Shown here: positions 39,913 through 48,733 of the stretch, in pieces
Layout of the letters: the number at the start of each line of letters is the position of its first letter
Position numbering within the stretch: the stretch's first letter is position 1
Virus record (IMG/VR): IMGVR_UViG_3300031555_004294
Span: 1 to 64,000 of that record
Source: a virus
Taxonomy: Duplodnaviria > Caudoviricetes
Reading direction: 5' to 3' (one strand)
Length of the DNA stretch: 64,000 nucleotides
Program-made: the position numbers and the translations under genes
Notes under the pieces: generated by a model
What the model saw: the letters and a program-made list of their open reading frames with translations, nothing else
The model's database searches: none
What the model was told of the DNA's origin: nothing

Positions 39913-41961
39913 ATGGAATTTAAAAACTTCCTAATCAAATTTCAGGAAAACTTCAAAAATCTTACAAAAGATGAAACTCATCTTTATGAAGTTGAAGTAG
40001 ATAAGGATGTACTCTGGAATCTTTATCTCGACAGTTTCCCTGAAGGAACCAACCCCATTTACAGAGAAAGAAGAGAGTTTGATTGTAGCTGTTGCAGACA
40101 TTTCATCAAGCAGTTTGGTAATGTTGTCGTCATTAAGGACAACATGATCAAGACTATTTGGGAGTTTGATGCATGTAGTACAACCTTCCAGCCTGTTGTA
40201 AACGCTCTTGATGCATTTATCAAGGCTAATGTCATCACAAATGTTTACATCAGCAAGTTTAATAAAATCGGTACTGCATCCAACTTTGAAGATCTTGGAA
40301 ATGGAGAAGTAAAGAAATGGGAACACTTCTTTATTGATCTTCCATCTAAGTTTGTTGACAGATCTAATCGTTCCATTGGTGATCTTCAGGGTGATTTTAG
40401 AGACACTAAGAATGTTTTTAAACGTTCTCTTGACGAAATTACCAAGGAAAGTATCGATACTGTACTTGAACTTATTTCTTCCAACACGCTTTATAGGGGT
40501 GATGAATGGAAGCATGCTCTTACTGATCTCTTAAAGTACAAGAAGCAGTATGAAAAGCTTACTACAGAAGAAGAAAAAAATAACTATGCTTGGGTTATGT
40601 CTTCTAAAGTAGGTGCAGTTATTGGACGTATCCGTAATCATAGTATTGGTACACTTCTTTTAAACATCAGTGAAGATATGGATCTTGATCTTGCTGTTCG
40701 TAAGTATGAACAGATCGTAGCTCCTAGTACTTACAAGAGACCTAAGGCTATCTTCACTCAGAAGATGCTTGAAGATGCAAAGAAGACCATTGAAGAACTC
40801 GGTTACATGGATTCTTTGTCCAGAAGATATGCTACACTTGATGATATTACGGTCAACAATATCCTCTTCTCTAATAAGGATTCTGCTAAGAGAATTCAGG
40901 GAGGACTTGATATCTTTGATCAGATGTCCAAGGAGGTAGCTGTAAACCCTAAGAAGTTCTCTAAGGTTGAGGAAATTACAATTGACAATTTCATCAGCAA
41001 TGTTCTTCCTACAGCAAGAGAACTTGAAGTTCTGTTTGAGAATAAGCATGCTTCTAGCATGGTATCTTTGATTGCACCCAAGGATACGAATAGTAAGACC
41101 ATGTTCAAGTGGAACAATGGATTTAGCTGGGCATATTCTGGTAATATGACTGACAGCACTATGAAGGAAAATGTCAAGGCTGCTGGTGGTGATGTCACTG
41201 GTGATCTCAGATTCTCCATTCAGTGGAACGATACATCCTACAATCCTAATGACTTTGATGCTCATTGCATTGAACCCAGCGGTCTTGAAATCTATTATGG
41301 TAATAAGAGCTATCGTCATCCTTCCTCTGGTATGCTTGACGTAGATATTATCAACCCCATTCAAAATAAAGCTGCTGTAGAAAATATTACTTATGCAAGT
41401 AGAAATAAGATGCCGAAGGGTACTTATCAGTTCTTTGTACACTGCTATAATAACAAGGGTGGTAGAGATGGATTTAGTGCAGAGATTGAATTCGATGGAC
41501 AAATCTATTCTTTCGCTTACAATAAAGAACTTAGAACTGGAGAGAAAGTTTATGTAGCTGATGTTACATGGGACGGTCAGAGCTTTACTATCAAGGAAAA
41601 GCTTCCTTCAAGTACTTCCTCTAAAGAAGTATGGGGACTTAATACCAACCAGTTTATTCCTGTTTCTGTTATGTGTTACTCGCCTAATTACTGGGATGAA
41701 CAGAATGGCATTGGTCATAGACACTATTTCTTCATGCTGAAGGATTGTATTAACCCTGAATCTCCTAATGGATTCTATAATGAATTCCTCAAGCAAGAAC
41801 TTGAAAAGCATAAGAGAGTATTTGAAGCTCTCGGTGGTAAGATGAATGTTGAAGACACCAATGATCAGCTCTCTGGCATTGGATTCTCTTCTACTAAGAG
41901 AAATGAAGTAATCGTAAAGGTTAAGGGAACCACTGAAAGAGTTCTCAAGGTGAAATTCTGA
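39913..41961 (+). CDS. Conserved phage protein with a TerD/YfaP-like beta-sandwich region
   Basis: LRFSIQW...DFDAH...IYY...LDVD...AVENI; N-terminal DCSCC. Confidence 0.55.
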   Translation: MEFKNFLIKFQENFKNLTKDETHLYEVEVDKDVLWNLYLDSFPEGTNPIYRERREFDCSCCRHFIKQFGNVVVIKDNMIKTIWEFDACSTTFQPVVNALDAFIKANVITNVYISKFNKIGTASNFEDLGNGEVKKWEHFFIDLPSKFVDRSNRSIGDLQGDFRDTKNVFKRSLDEITKESIDTVLELISSNTLYRGDEWKHALTDLLKYKKQYEKLTTEEEKNNYAWVMSSKVGAVIGRIRNHSIGTLLLNISEDMDLDLAVRKYEQIVAPSTYKRPKAIFTQKMLEDAKKTIEELGYMDSLSRRYATLDDITVNNILFSNKDSAKRIQGGLDIFDQMSKEVAVNPKKFSKVEEITIDNFISNVLPTARELEVLFENKHASSMVSLIAPKDTNSKTMFKWNNGFSWAYSGNMTDSTMKENVKAAGGDVTGDLRFSIQWNDTSYNPNDFDAHCIEPSGLEIYYGNKSYRHPSSGMLDVDIINPIQNKAAVENITYASRNKMPKGTYQFFVHCYNNKGGRDGFSAEIEFDGQIYSFAYNKELRTGEKVYVADVTWDGQSFTIKEKLPSSTSSKEVWGLNTNQFIPVSVMCYSPNYWDEQNGIGHRHYFFMLKDCINPESPNGFYNEFLKQELEKHKRVFEALGGKMNVEDTNDQLSGIGFSSTKRNEVIVKVKGTTERVLKVKF

Positions 41962-41962
41962 T

Positions 41963-42139
41963 ATGGATGAGAATAATAAACTTGATCAGGTCATTGAATT
42001 CTTAAATGAACACATAGCAGAAGTAACTGAGTATGCTAATTCTAAAGAGTATAGTGGCCTAGACCAACATGACTGCCGAATTGCAGCTGAAGCATACGAA
42101 CTTGTCTTGAATTTCGTTCAAGACTTAAAAACCAAGTAA
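41963..42139 (+). CDS. Small hypothetical protein (58 aa, not in ORF track)
   Basis: MDENNKLDQVIEFLNEH...KTK; abuts the upstream stop codon. Confidence 0.55.
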   Translation: MDENNKLDQVIEFLNEHIAEVTEYANSKEYSGLDQHDCRIAAEAYELVLNFVQDLKTK

Positions 42140-42172
42140 AACAAAATAAAATTATACAAAGGAGAAAATATC

Positions 42173-42544
42173 ATGTTTGAAATTGCAACTAGAAAGAAGT
42201 TTAGATTCCCCTTTAGAGGTATGGTAAGTGTTGAGGATCTTTGGGATCTTAAGGTAGAAGATCTCGATAGTATTTTCAAGACTCTTAACTCTCAGAAGAA
42301 GCAAATCAATGAAGAAAGTCTGCTTCACACTCAGACCGAAGCAGATGTAGAACTCAACCAGAAGATTGAGATTGTCAAGCACATTGTTTCTGTTAAGCTC
42401 GCTGAAGCTAAGGCAAGAACTGAAGCTAAGGCAAAGAAGGAACAGAAGCAGAAGATTATGGCTATCATGGAAGCAAAGAAGAATGAAGCTCTTGAAGGTA
42501 AAACTATTGAAGAGCTTGAAGCTATGCTTACTGAACTTGATTAA
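42173..42544 (+). CDS. Hypothetical coiled-coil protein
   Basis: AAAGGAG RBS; FRFP.RG..SVEDLWDL; terminator follows at 42553-88. Confidence 0.7.
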   Translation: MFEIATRKKFRFPFRGMVSVEDLWDLKVEDLDSIFKTLNSQKKQINEESLLHTQTEADVELNQKIEIVKHIVSVKLAEAKARTEAKAKKEQKQKIMAIMEAKKNEALEGKTIEELEAMLTELD

Positions 42545-42626
42545 AAACTTTAGAAGGTTACCTAGAAATAGGTAACCTTCCTTTTTTTAAACTTGATAGA
42601 TATTAGAAAGGAACTATAGATAAAAC

Positions 42627-42872
42627 ATGCCAAAAATGAAAGTTTACAGCTTTAAAGAAGCACAACGGATTGTATATAAGAATGGTTGGAAATTAGTTAG
42701 GATGAATGGTGATCACTTCTATTACAAAAAAGAAGGCAATCCAAGGCTCTTAACCCTAAGTCTAAACTTAAATCGAATGATTTGGCAACGGCTTATTAAA
42801 GAATTTGATATAAATTTGAATTGTAAGAAGAAAAAAGAAAATGAAGAAACTATCAAAGAAACAACTATTTGA
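42627..42872 (+). CDS. HicA-family toxin-like protein
   Basis: NGWKLVRMNGDHFYYKK matches the HicA G.....R..GSH pattern; 81 aa. Confidence 0.7.
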   Translation: MPKMKVYSFKEAQRIVYKNGWKLVRMNGDHFYYKKEGNPRLLTLSLNLNRMIWQRLIKEFDINLNCKKKKENEETIKETTI

Positions 42873-43323
42873 TCTACGATTCAAGTACTCTAATATAAAG
42901 CCACTTACTATAAGAAGTAAAAATATCAAGAATGGTGAATGGTGGAGATATAAAAAATATTGGGATGATCTTTGTGCATTTTCAACATTACCTGAAGACT
43001 TCATAAGAGAATATATAGATGTGGTAAATTGGAGGTTTATTTCAATTCGTCAAGATCTCTCTGAAGATTTCATAAGAGAATTCCAAGATAAAGTAGATTG
43101 GGAGTGTATTTCTATCAATCAAGATCTCTCTGAAGATTTCATAAGAGAATTCCAAGATAAAGTAGATTGGAAGATAATTTCTGAGTGTTGTATACTTTCA
43201 GAAGACTTCATTAGAGAAATGAAAGACAAAATAAAATGGAAATATGCTTATACTATAAACTTTATTTCCAGAGAATTTAGACGAGAAATGAGAGAGGAAG
43301 GGTATATTCCAAGTGGAGATTAA
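42841..43323 (+). CDS. Trp-repeat family protein
   Basis: LSKKQLFDLRFKY; four L.EDFIRE...W repeats; exact DNA repeat at 43051 and 43120. Confidence 0.75.
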   Translation: MKKLSKKQLFDLRFKYSNIKPLTIRSKNIKNGEWWRYKKYWDDLCAFSTLPEDFIREYIDVVNWRFISIRQDLSEDFIREFQDKVDWECISINQDLSEDFIREFQDKVDWKIISECCILSEDFIREMKDKIKWKYAYTINFISREFRREMREEGYIPSGD

Positions 43324-43585
43324 CTTAACAAAACAACAAATATTCAATCTACAAATTAAATGGTCATATATCTATCCAATAAATTTTAATAATAGTGCAG
43401 TTAAAAACTGGTGGGAACACCAATTTAATTGGAATCTTATTTCTTTGAAGAAAGACTTACCTGAAGGATTTCTAAGAGAATTTAAAGAACATCTCAATTG
43501 GGATATTATAAAAACTAATTACAGTTTACTCTATACTCTATCAGTAGAATTCAAAAAAGAATTGATGCAAGAAGGATATATTTGA
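43313..43585 (+). CDS. Trp-repeat family protein
   Basis: LTKQQIFNLQIKW; LPEGFLREFKEHLNW; EGYI. Confidence 0.65.
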   Translation: MEINLTKQQIFNLQIKWSYIYPINFNNSAVKNWWEHQFNWNLISLKKDLPEGFLREFKEHLNWDIIKTNYSLLYTLSVEFKKELMQEGYI

Positions 43586-43707
43586 TAGCAAGAAAAAAAA
43601 TAGTAAGTTCCAATAAAACTTACTATTTTTTTTTTCTATGTTCCCGATGCCAAAAAAAAAAGTAATAAGAAGGTGAAGATAACCTATTACTTTTTCTATC
43701 ATTAATT

Positions 43708-44259
43708 TTAACTACATAATTTTTCTAAGTATACTTTGTATTCTTTATCATAAAACATAAAGAACTCTCTAATAAACTTTTTCACAGTTTCAGGATCTAC
43801 TGTAATATTTCCTCTATTAAGTATGTACTCAAGTATAGGTTTGTTACCATATGCAAGTGTATAATTAACAACAGACTCAGTAATTTCAACATTTCGCTTC
43901 TCTACAAAATACTTAAACCAATCAAGTGACTTTCTGTCAATACAACCAGTTAATGCTATAGATAGTAATTCTTTTTCTTCACAAACAGTACCATACTTAT
44001 CAAGCCAATAAATTACATTTTCAAATTTACCATTGATAGCTGCAACTGTCAGATGGTTGTCATCACCAATATGAGGATCACATCCATATTTAACTAGCAA
44101 TTCTGCTTCTTCAAAACTACCATATGCTAATGCTCTTGTAAGTGCAACTGGTATGTATGTGTAATAGGTTGCCTTACCAGTCTTTAATACCTCCTCAATC
44201 TTTTTAAGATTATGTGTGTCTAATACTTTCATAAGTTGTTGGTCGTCTTTAGATAACAT
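43708..44259 (-). CDS. Ankyrin-repeat-like protein (start reassigned to ATG 44259)
   Basis: ALTRALAYGSFEEAELLVKYGCD and LTVAAINGKFENV; AAGGAG lies before 44259. Confidence 0.6.
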   Translation of the reverse strand: MLSKDDQQLMKVLDTHNLKKIEEVLKTGKATYYTYIPVALTRALAYGSFEEAELLVKYGCDPHIGDDNHLTVAAINGKFENVIYWLDKYGTVCEEKELLSIALTGCIDRKSLDWFKYFVEKRNVEITESVVNYTLAYGNKPILEYILNRGNITVDPETVKKFIREFFMFYDKEYKVYLEKLCS

Positions 44260-44389
44260 AATACATCTCTCCTTTTCATGATAAAAATTATTCCATTTAC
44301 AAGGTAAAGATATATAGATATAAACACTCAAAATACGTTATTTGAAAAATTTGAGATATAACCCAATACAGGTTATATCTCAAATAAAA

Positions 44390-45238
44390 TTACTTTACGA
44401 CTTGATTGTAAAGAGGAGTATAAACTTGAATCCAATGTTTCATAATTGGCATTTGCTCAGAAATGTAGTTATTTGCCTTTACATTTTTGACAACATTGTC
44501 ATACATATTCTTTAATTGGTTGGGATGTTTAACAAATACACCACTCTTAGTATCAAGTCTAAAGAATTCATCAACCTCAGATTCAGATAATGCAGGGAAG
44601 AATGCTTTACCTTCAGCTTTAGCTTTCTTTCTCCATTCTTGATACTTCTTATTGTATTCTTTATTCGTTTGCATTTGTTCTTTAACTCTTGCAAAGACAT
44701 CTCTAATACCTTCAGCTAGAATTTTCGTATCTTCTTTAACTGGTTGTAGAGTAACTTGAGGAGTAACAGGTAGTTCTGCAGTTTTCTCATCAGACATATT
44801 ACGAGCATTTCCTTTATATCTAGCTTCTAAACGGAAATAGTAAACATGCTCATCAAGCTTAGATCTAACATCACTAGGTAGGCTTTCATCCTTACCTGCA
44901 GCTTCATAAAGAGCCATCAAATGACAGAACATTTCATTTACAGATTGTGTCATCTGTTCCTCAGTATAAGACTGTCCATATTCACAGGATACTACTAAAA
45001 AAGTTTCACTTGGATCATTAGCAGTACTGTCTAAAACAGTCTTAAGATCTTTAGGCGCGTGACCTAACATCATCATCATTTCTGCAACTTCATCTACAAA
45101 AGCATCTAGTCTTTGATAGTAGTCTTGAGCTAGAAAATGTTTCCCATCAAAGTTCTTACCCTTAATCTTCCAATGTAATGCTCGCATATTGTAAGAGTAA
45201 AGAACCAGTGCATTAAAAATTTTTACTAAATGTGCCAT
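44390..45238 (-). CDS. dps: Dps/ferritin-like domain with C-terminal extension (start reassigned to ATG 45238)
   Basis: HWKIKG.NF...H......Y......DEVAE ferroxidase pattern. Confidence 0.7.
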   Translation of the reverse strand: MAHLVKIFNALVLYSYNMRALHWKIKGKNFDGKHFLAQDYYQRLDAFVDEVAEMMMMLGHAPKDLKTVLDSTANDPSETFLVVSCEYGQSYTEEQMTQSVNEMFCHLMALYEAAGKDESLPSDVRSKLDEHVYYFRLEARYKGNARNMSDEKTAELPVTPQVTLQPVKEDTKILAEGIRDVFARVKEQMQTNKEYNKKYQEWRKKAKAEGKAFFPALSESEVDEFFRLDTKSGVFVKHPNQLKNMYDNVVKNVKANNYISEQMPIMKHWIQVYTPLYNQVVK

Positions 45239-45351
45239 ATATCTTTTGTACCTTCCTTTCTTGAAGATCAATTTATAAATTTGTTGAACCGTACAAAGTA
45301 TTTTTTAAATATATATCCTAGATTTACATAAAAACAAAGGAGGCTATTAAA

Positions 45352-45702
45352 GTGAATGAATCTAAAGCTGTTAACGATATTTTCAAAAGATTTGAATTTG
45401 ACTTAACATTCAAATACAATCCTGCGTATTTTCTAATTAATGATAGAAGTGAGTTATATTTATTATGGATTTACGTTACTAAATTCTTAAAAATTTCTAC
45501 TAATGAAGCCTATATCGACCACTTACTATATACATCGGCTAAGTTTAAAGCATTTAGTTGTATCTTTTATATAGACTTTCTAAATAGACGATCTGATGTT
45601 TACTCAAAGAGTTATGCAATTGAACGAAAGAATTTAAAAATGGAAATGACATCTACTCTACCAGAATATTTTACAGTTTTAGCTACCTATAAGTTTGACT
45701 AA
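45352..45702 (+). CDS. Hypothetical protein
   Basis: AAAGGAGG RBS, GTG start, TATATAT upstream. Confidence 0.6.
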   Translation: MNESKAVNDIFKRFEFDLTFKYNPAYFLINDRSELYLLWIYVTKFLKISTNEAYIDHLLYTSAKFKAFSCIFYIDFLNRRSDVYSKSYAIERKNLKMEMTSTLPEYFTVLATYKFD

Positions 45703-45821
45703 ATCTTTAATTTAAAAGGAAGTATCAGAATTATAGATACTTTCTTTTTTTAATTTTAAAGTAGAAATGTAAAAATACATTAAAAATCCACATACTTATA
45801 AGGAAAGGAAATTAGTTTAAA

Positions 45822-46124
45822 ATGAGCGAATTAAGACCTTTAAATGACAATGTTATCGTAATCCCCTATATTCAAAAAGAAACTGAAAGCGGTATAGTAC
45901 TTCCTTCAAAATTAGTAGAGACGGAGGTTCCTGCATTCCATATTGTATCTTCTGTTGGTCCAAAAGTAAGAAACAAAGATATTAAAGAAGGTGCAGTTGT
46001 AATTATTCCTAAAAGAACTGGAAAATGGGTACCTTTTGAGGGATTTAAGTATATAATGGTCAACGAATCAGATATTCTGGCAGTTGTAGAAGGTGCTACT
46101 TATGAAAAAATGCCAGAGAATTAA
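45822..46124 (+). CDS. groES: Co-chaperonin GroES-like protein
   Basis: LRPLND.V....ETESGIVLP....VGP....ESDILAVV. Confidence 0.9.
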   Translation: MSELRPLNDNVIVIPYIQKETESGIVLPSKLVETEVPAFHIVSSVGPKVRNKDIKEGAVVIIPKRTGKWVPFEGFKYIMVNESDILAVVEGATYEKMPEN

Positions 46125-46148
46125 ATAGAAAGAGAGGAAATAAGTAAA

Positions 46149-46952
46149 ATGGTCAATCAAATAGACAATGACTTTAACTTGTTTCAGCCAACTGAAACAG
46201 AACGTGCTGATCTTTTAGCAAAATTATCAGATGATATCATTACTTCTAACATTGAAGAACAGTTAAAGACAACTATGGTTAACTCTGCAATATACAATGA
46301 TATGCTTGCTGTATTTGAAACACGTTTTCAATTTATAACACAGTTCTATCCAGAAGATGAAATAATCATTGAAAGATGTAAAGATATTAGAAAAAGTGTT
46401 TACAAAAAGATCTATGATGCATTAGCAGAACGTTTTTCAATTTCATCTGAGCTTAGTAATAACTTAGACAGCGATGATTTCTTTTTTTATACTAGAGAAC
46501 TGTATAATTTCCTAGTTCTAAAGTATAAGAATAACCTCATCAATTTCTTTGTCAGTTACTTGTACTCACATAAAAAAGACTTAATCGTAAACTATGTCGA
46601 TGAAGAAGAAAAGAAAGATTTAATGTTCAAGTCTTTAAAGAAATCTTTAAGTAATCCTGATAATATCACACTTCTTTATAACATCGAGGAAATCATAGAG
46701 AACATATCTCAATACAATGATGAACCAGAATCTATTGTGGAAGAAATTATAAGTACTGATGAGTATGAAGCTACTAATTTTGCAATGAAAGAGTTACTTG
46801 TTGAAAACAAGTTTAACACTTACTTGGAAAAGATGTTCATTGAAGAGTACTTTAAACCTATCAATGATGATGACTTCAAATATGATCTGTATTCTTCCAT
46901 TAGAATTGACTTAATCACTCTGCTAAGACATGAAGAAAGTAGAAAGGTATAA
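46149..46952 (+). CDS. Hypothetical protein
   Basis: 267-aa ORF with RBS, in operon. Confidence 0.65.
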   Translation: MVNQIDNDFNLFQPTETERADLLAKLSDDIITSNIEEQLKTTMVNSAIYNDMLAVFETRFQFITQFYPEDEIIIERCKDIRKSVYKKIYDALAERFSISSELSNNLDSDDFFFYTRELYNFLVLKYKNNLINFFVSYLYSHKKDLIVNYVDEEEKKDLMFKSLKKSLSNPDNITLLYNIEEIIENISQYNDEPESIVEEIISTDEYEATNFAMKELLVENKFNTYLEKMFIEEYFKPINDDDFKYDLYSSIRIDLITLLRHEESRKV

Positions 46953-46958
46953 TAGTTT

Positions 46959-47681
46959 ATGGGTAGCAAAAAAAGAAGTAAATTCGTACAACAACAAAAA
47001 TATAATCGACATTTACAAAATAAGTCTGCATCGAACATGAATCATGCTATCAATAAAACTAATCGTAAGATAGCACAGTACAAACAGGATTACGAAGAAT
47101 CTGTTAATGCTATCATAGGTGACTTTATTAGAGAAAACAATTTAGACCCTGAAAAGATTCCTAACAATTCCAGAATCATTATTTTTGAATTGCTTAGAAA
47201 GAACGTTCAGAACAAACTTGATATGTACACTCAATATATTGCAGAACATCAAGAAGATGAAAATATCAAGGAATTCTATGATGCTCAAACTGTTTGTACT
47301 GAAGCTTTAGAACAGATTGACTGGATCTATGATTGGACTAGACCTTTGAAAAATGATAAATATCATCTGTACGATGGATATGAAGAATTGCTTGATAAGG
47401 CTAGCGAGAAACTAGAAAATAGTGGAAAGAAATTTGAATCTCTAAAGTCTGTTCTTGAAGTTATTGAAAATACAAATGTAGATTGTATTAAACACCTGTT
47501 ACATTATAGATTTTACCAGTTCTGTTACTTTATTGAGCAGAATGATGTTGACAGGTATTACATTTACATTTCAAATACCATTAAAAACCTCCTAATTTTA
47601 GATAGTACGGATCCTCTTGTAGAATTTTTAGTAAAAGACTTTAAGAAAGATGTCGATAATACTGAAGAATGCGAGAATTAA
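46959..47681 (+). CDS. Hypothetical protein
   Basis: 240-aa ORF in operon. Confidence 0.65.
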   Translation: MGSKKRSKFVQQQKYNRHLQNKSASNMNHAINKTNRKIAQYKQDYEESVNAIIGDFIRENNLDPEKIPNNSRIIIFELLRKNVQNKLDMYTQYIAEHQEDENIKEFYDAQTVCTEALEQIDWIYDWTRPLKNDKYHLYDGYEELLDKASEKLENSGKKFESLKSVLEVIENTNVDCIKHLLHYRFYQFCYFIEQNDVDRYYIYISNTIKNLLILDSTDPLVEFLVKDFKKDVDNTEECEN

Positions 47682-47687
47682 TTAACT

Positions 47688-48479
47688 ATGACTTATACCT
47701 TTTTAAAACAAGAAGAAGATAAAGTTGTATTTGTAGGCAATAGACTAGATATTTACCTCCCTAAATCTTATTTTGATGAAGATATGCTTGCTGAAGAACT
47801 TGGAACTCAGATCAAGACTATAGCTTGCTTTGTAATGCGTTATTATAAAGACCCTGACAGTACTAAGTATGAAACTTATCAGCTATCTTTACCAGAAGAT
47901 ATTACTTTTTCATTTTCTGAGTTCAAAGATAATGTTAAAGAAGTATTAGTTGAGAGGAATTTTAATGAAGATGGAATAGATGAAGAACTTGATAGTGATG
48001 ATGAAGTAGAAGATAGTTATAAGATTTTTACTCTTTATCAAAATGACATTTTCATCAATAATCTTAACCATGCAAAAAGCTATAAAAACACAGAAAAGTT
48101 ATTAAAGTTACATCAGAAGGGAAAACTCCCAAAAATGATTAAGTATAGTGACTTTATTAAACTTTATCTAGAAAACATGGAAACAAATAGTACTGATTTA
48201 CAGGTTCCTTCATTAATTCTAGAAATGACTATTTCTGAGTTAGCAAGGTATAAGCAAAATCCAGAAATTCCATTTAGACAAGTTATAGGAAAATCTAATT
48301 CAAAGATTTCAGAATTAGATTACAAGCAGGCATCTATTAAGGAATTAGCTATGCTTTCCTCCTCATTTACAGCTATGACTAGTGAAAACATTAACAAAGC
48401 GATTGTATATTCTGTTTCTAAATCCAGAGATGGCGGAAAAGAAGCAGAAACTCCAATCGAACCAACCATAAAGTACTAA
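47688..48479 (+). CDS. Possible RNA polymerase beta' C-terminal subunit
   Basis: LILEMTISELAR...ASIKELAMLSSSFTAMTSENINKAI loosely parallels beta' HIEVIVRQM...GITKASL..SF.SAASFQET. Confidence 0.4.
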   Translation: MTYTFLKQEEDKVVFVGNRLDIYLPKSYFDEDMLAEELGTQIKTIACFVMRYYKDPDSTKYETYQLSLPEDITFSFSEFKDNVKEVLVERNFNEDGIDEELDSDDEVEDSYKIFTLYQNDIFINNLNHAKSYKNTEKLLKLHQKGKLPKMIKYSDFIKLYLENMETNSTDLQVPSLILEMTISELARYKQNPEIPFRQVIGKSNSKISELDYKQASIKELAMLSSSFTAMTSENINKAIVYSVSKSRDGGKEAETPIEPTIKY

Positions 48480-48660
48480 TAACATTTAAACTTCGATTAT
48501 TCTTTTTTTAGAATAATCGAAGTTTTTATCATTTTTTCAGAACAAGATATTAGATTTATTCTCCTAGTTTTATGAATTCTATGAAAAGTTCTCATTCGTT
48601 TCAACAAATATATAAAACTTTATAAACTGCTATAACTTTATAAAATTTATGACAAAAAAA

Positions 48661-48733
48661 GAAAGGAGGTTTCTGCTGTATAATATAAAATAAACAACTA
48701 CATTATATTTTTAACAGCAGGAAATTTTATATG
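48661..48733 (+). promoter_or_regulatory. Hairpin-bridged ribosome-binding site of the tail sheath gene
   Basis: GAAAGGAGG, stem 48670-79/48714-23, ATG seven nt after the stem; AACA-N6-TA at 48541 and 48603. Confidence 0.65.

Noticed and set aside
39931-41811. Long minus-strand ORFs (194 and 280 aa)
   Set aside because: Antisense to a strongly codon-biased gene; no motifs or RBS
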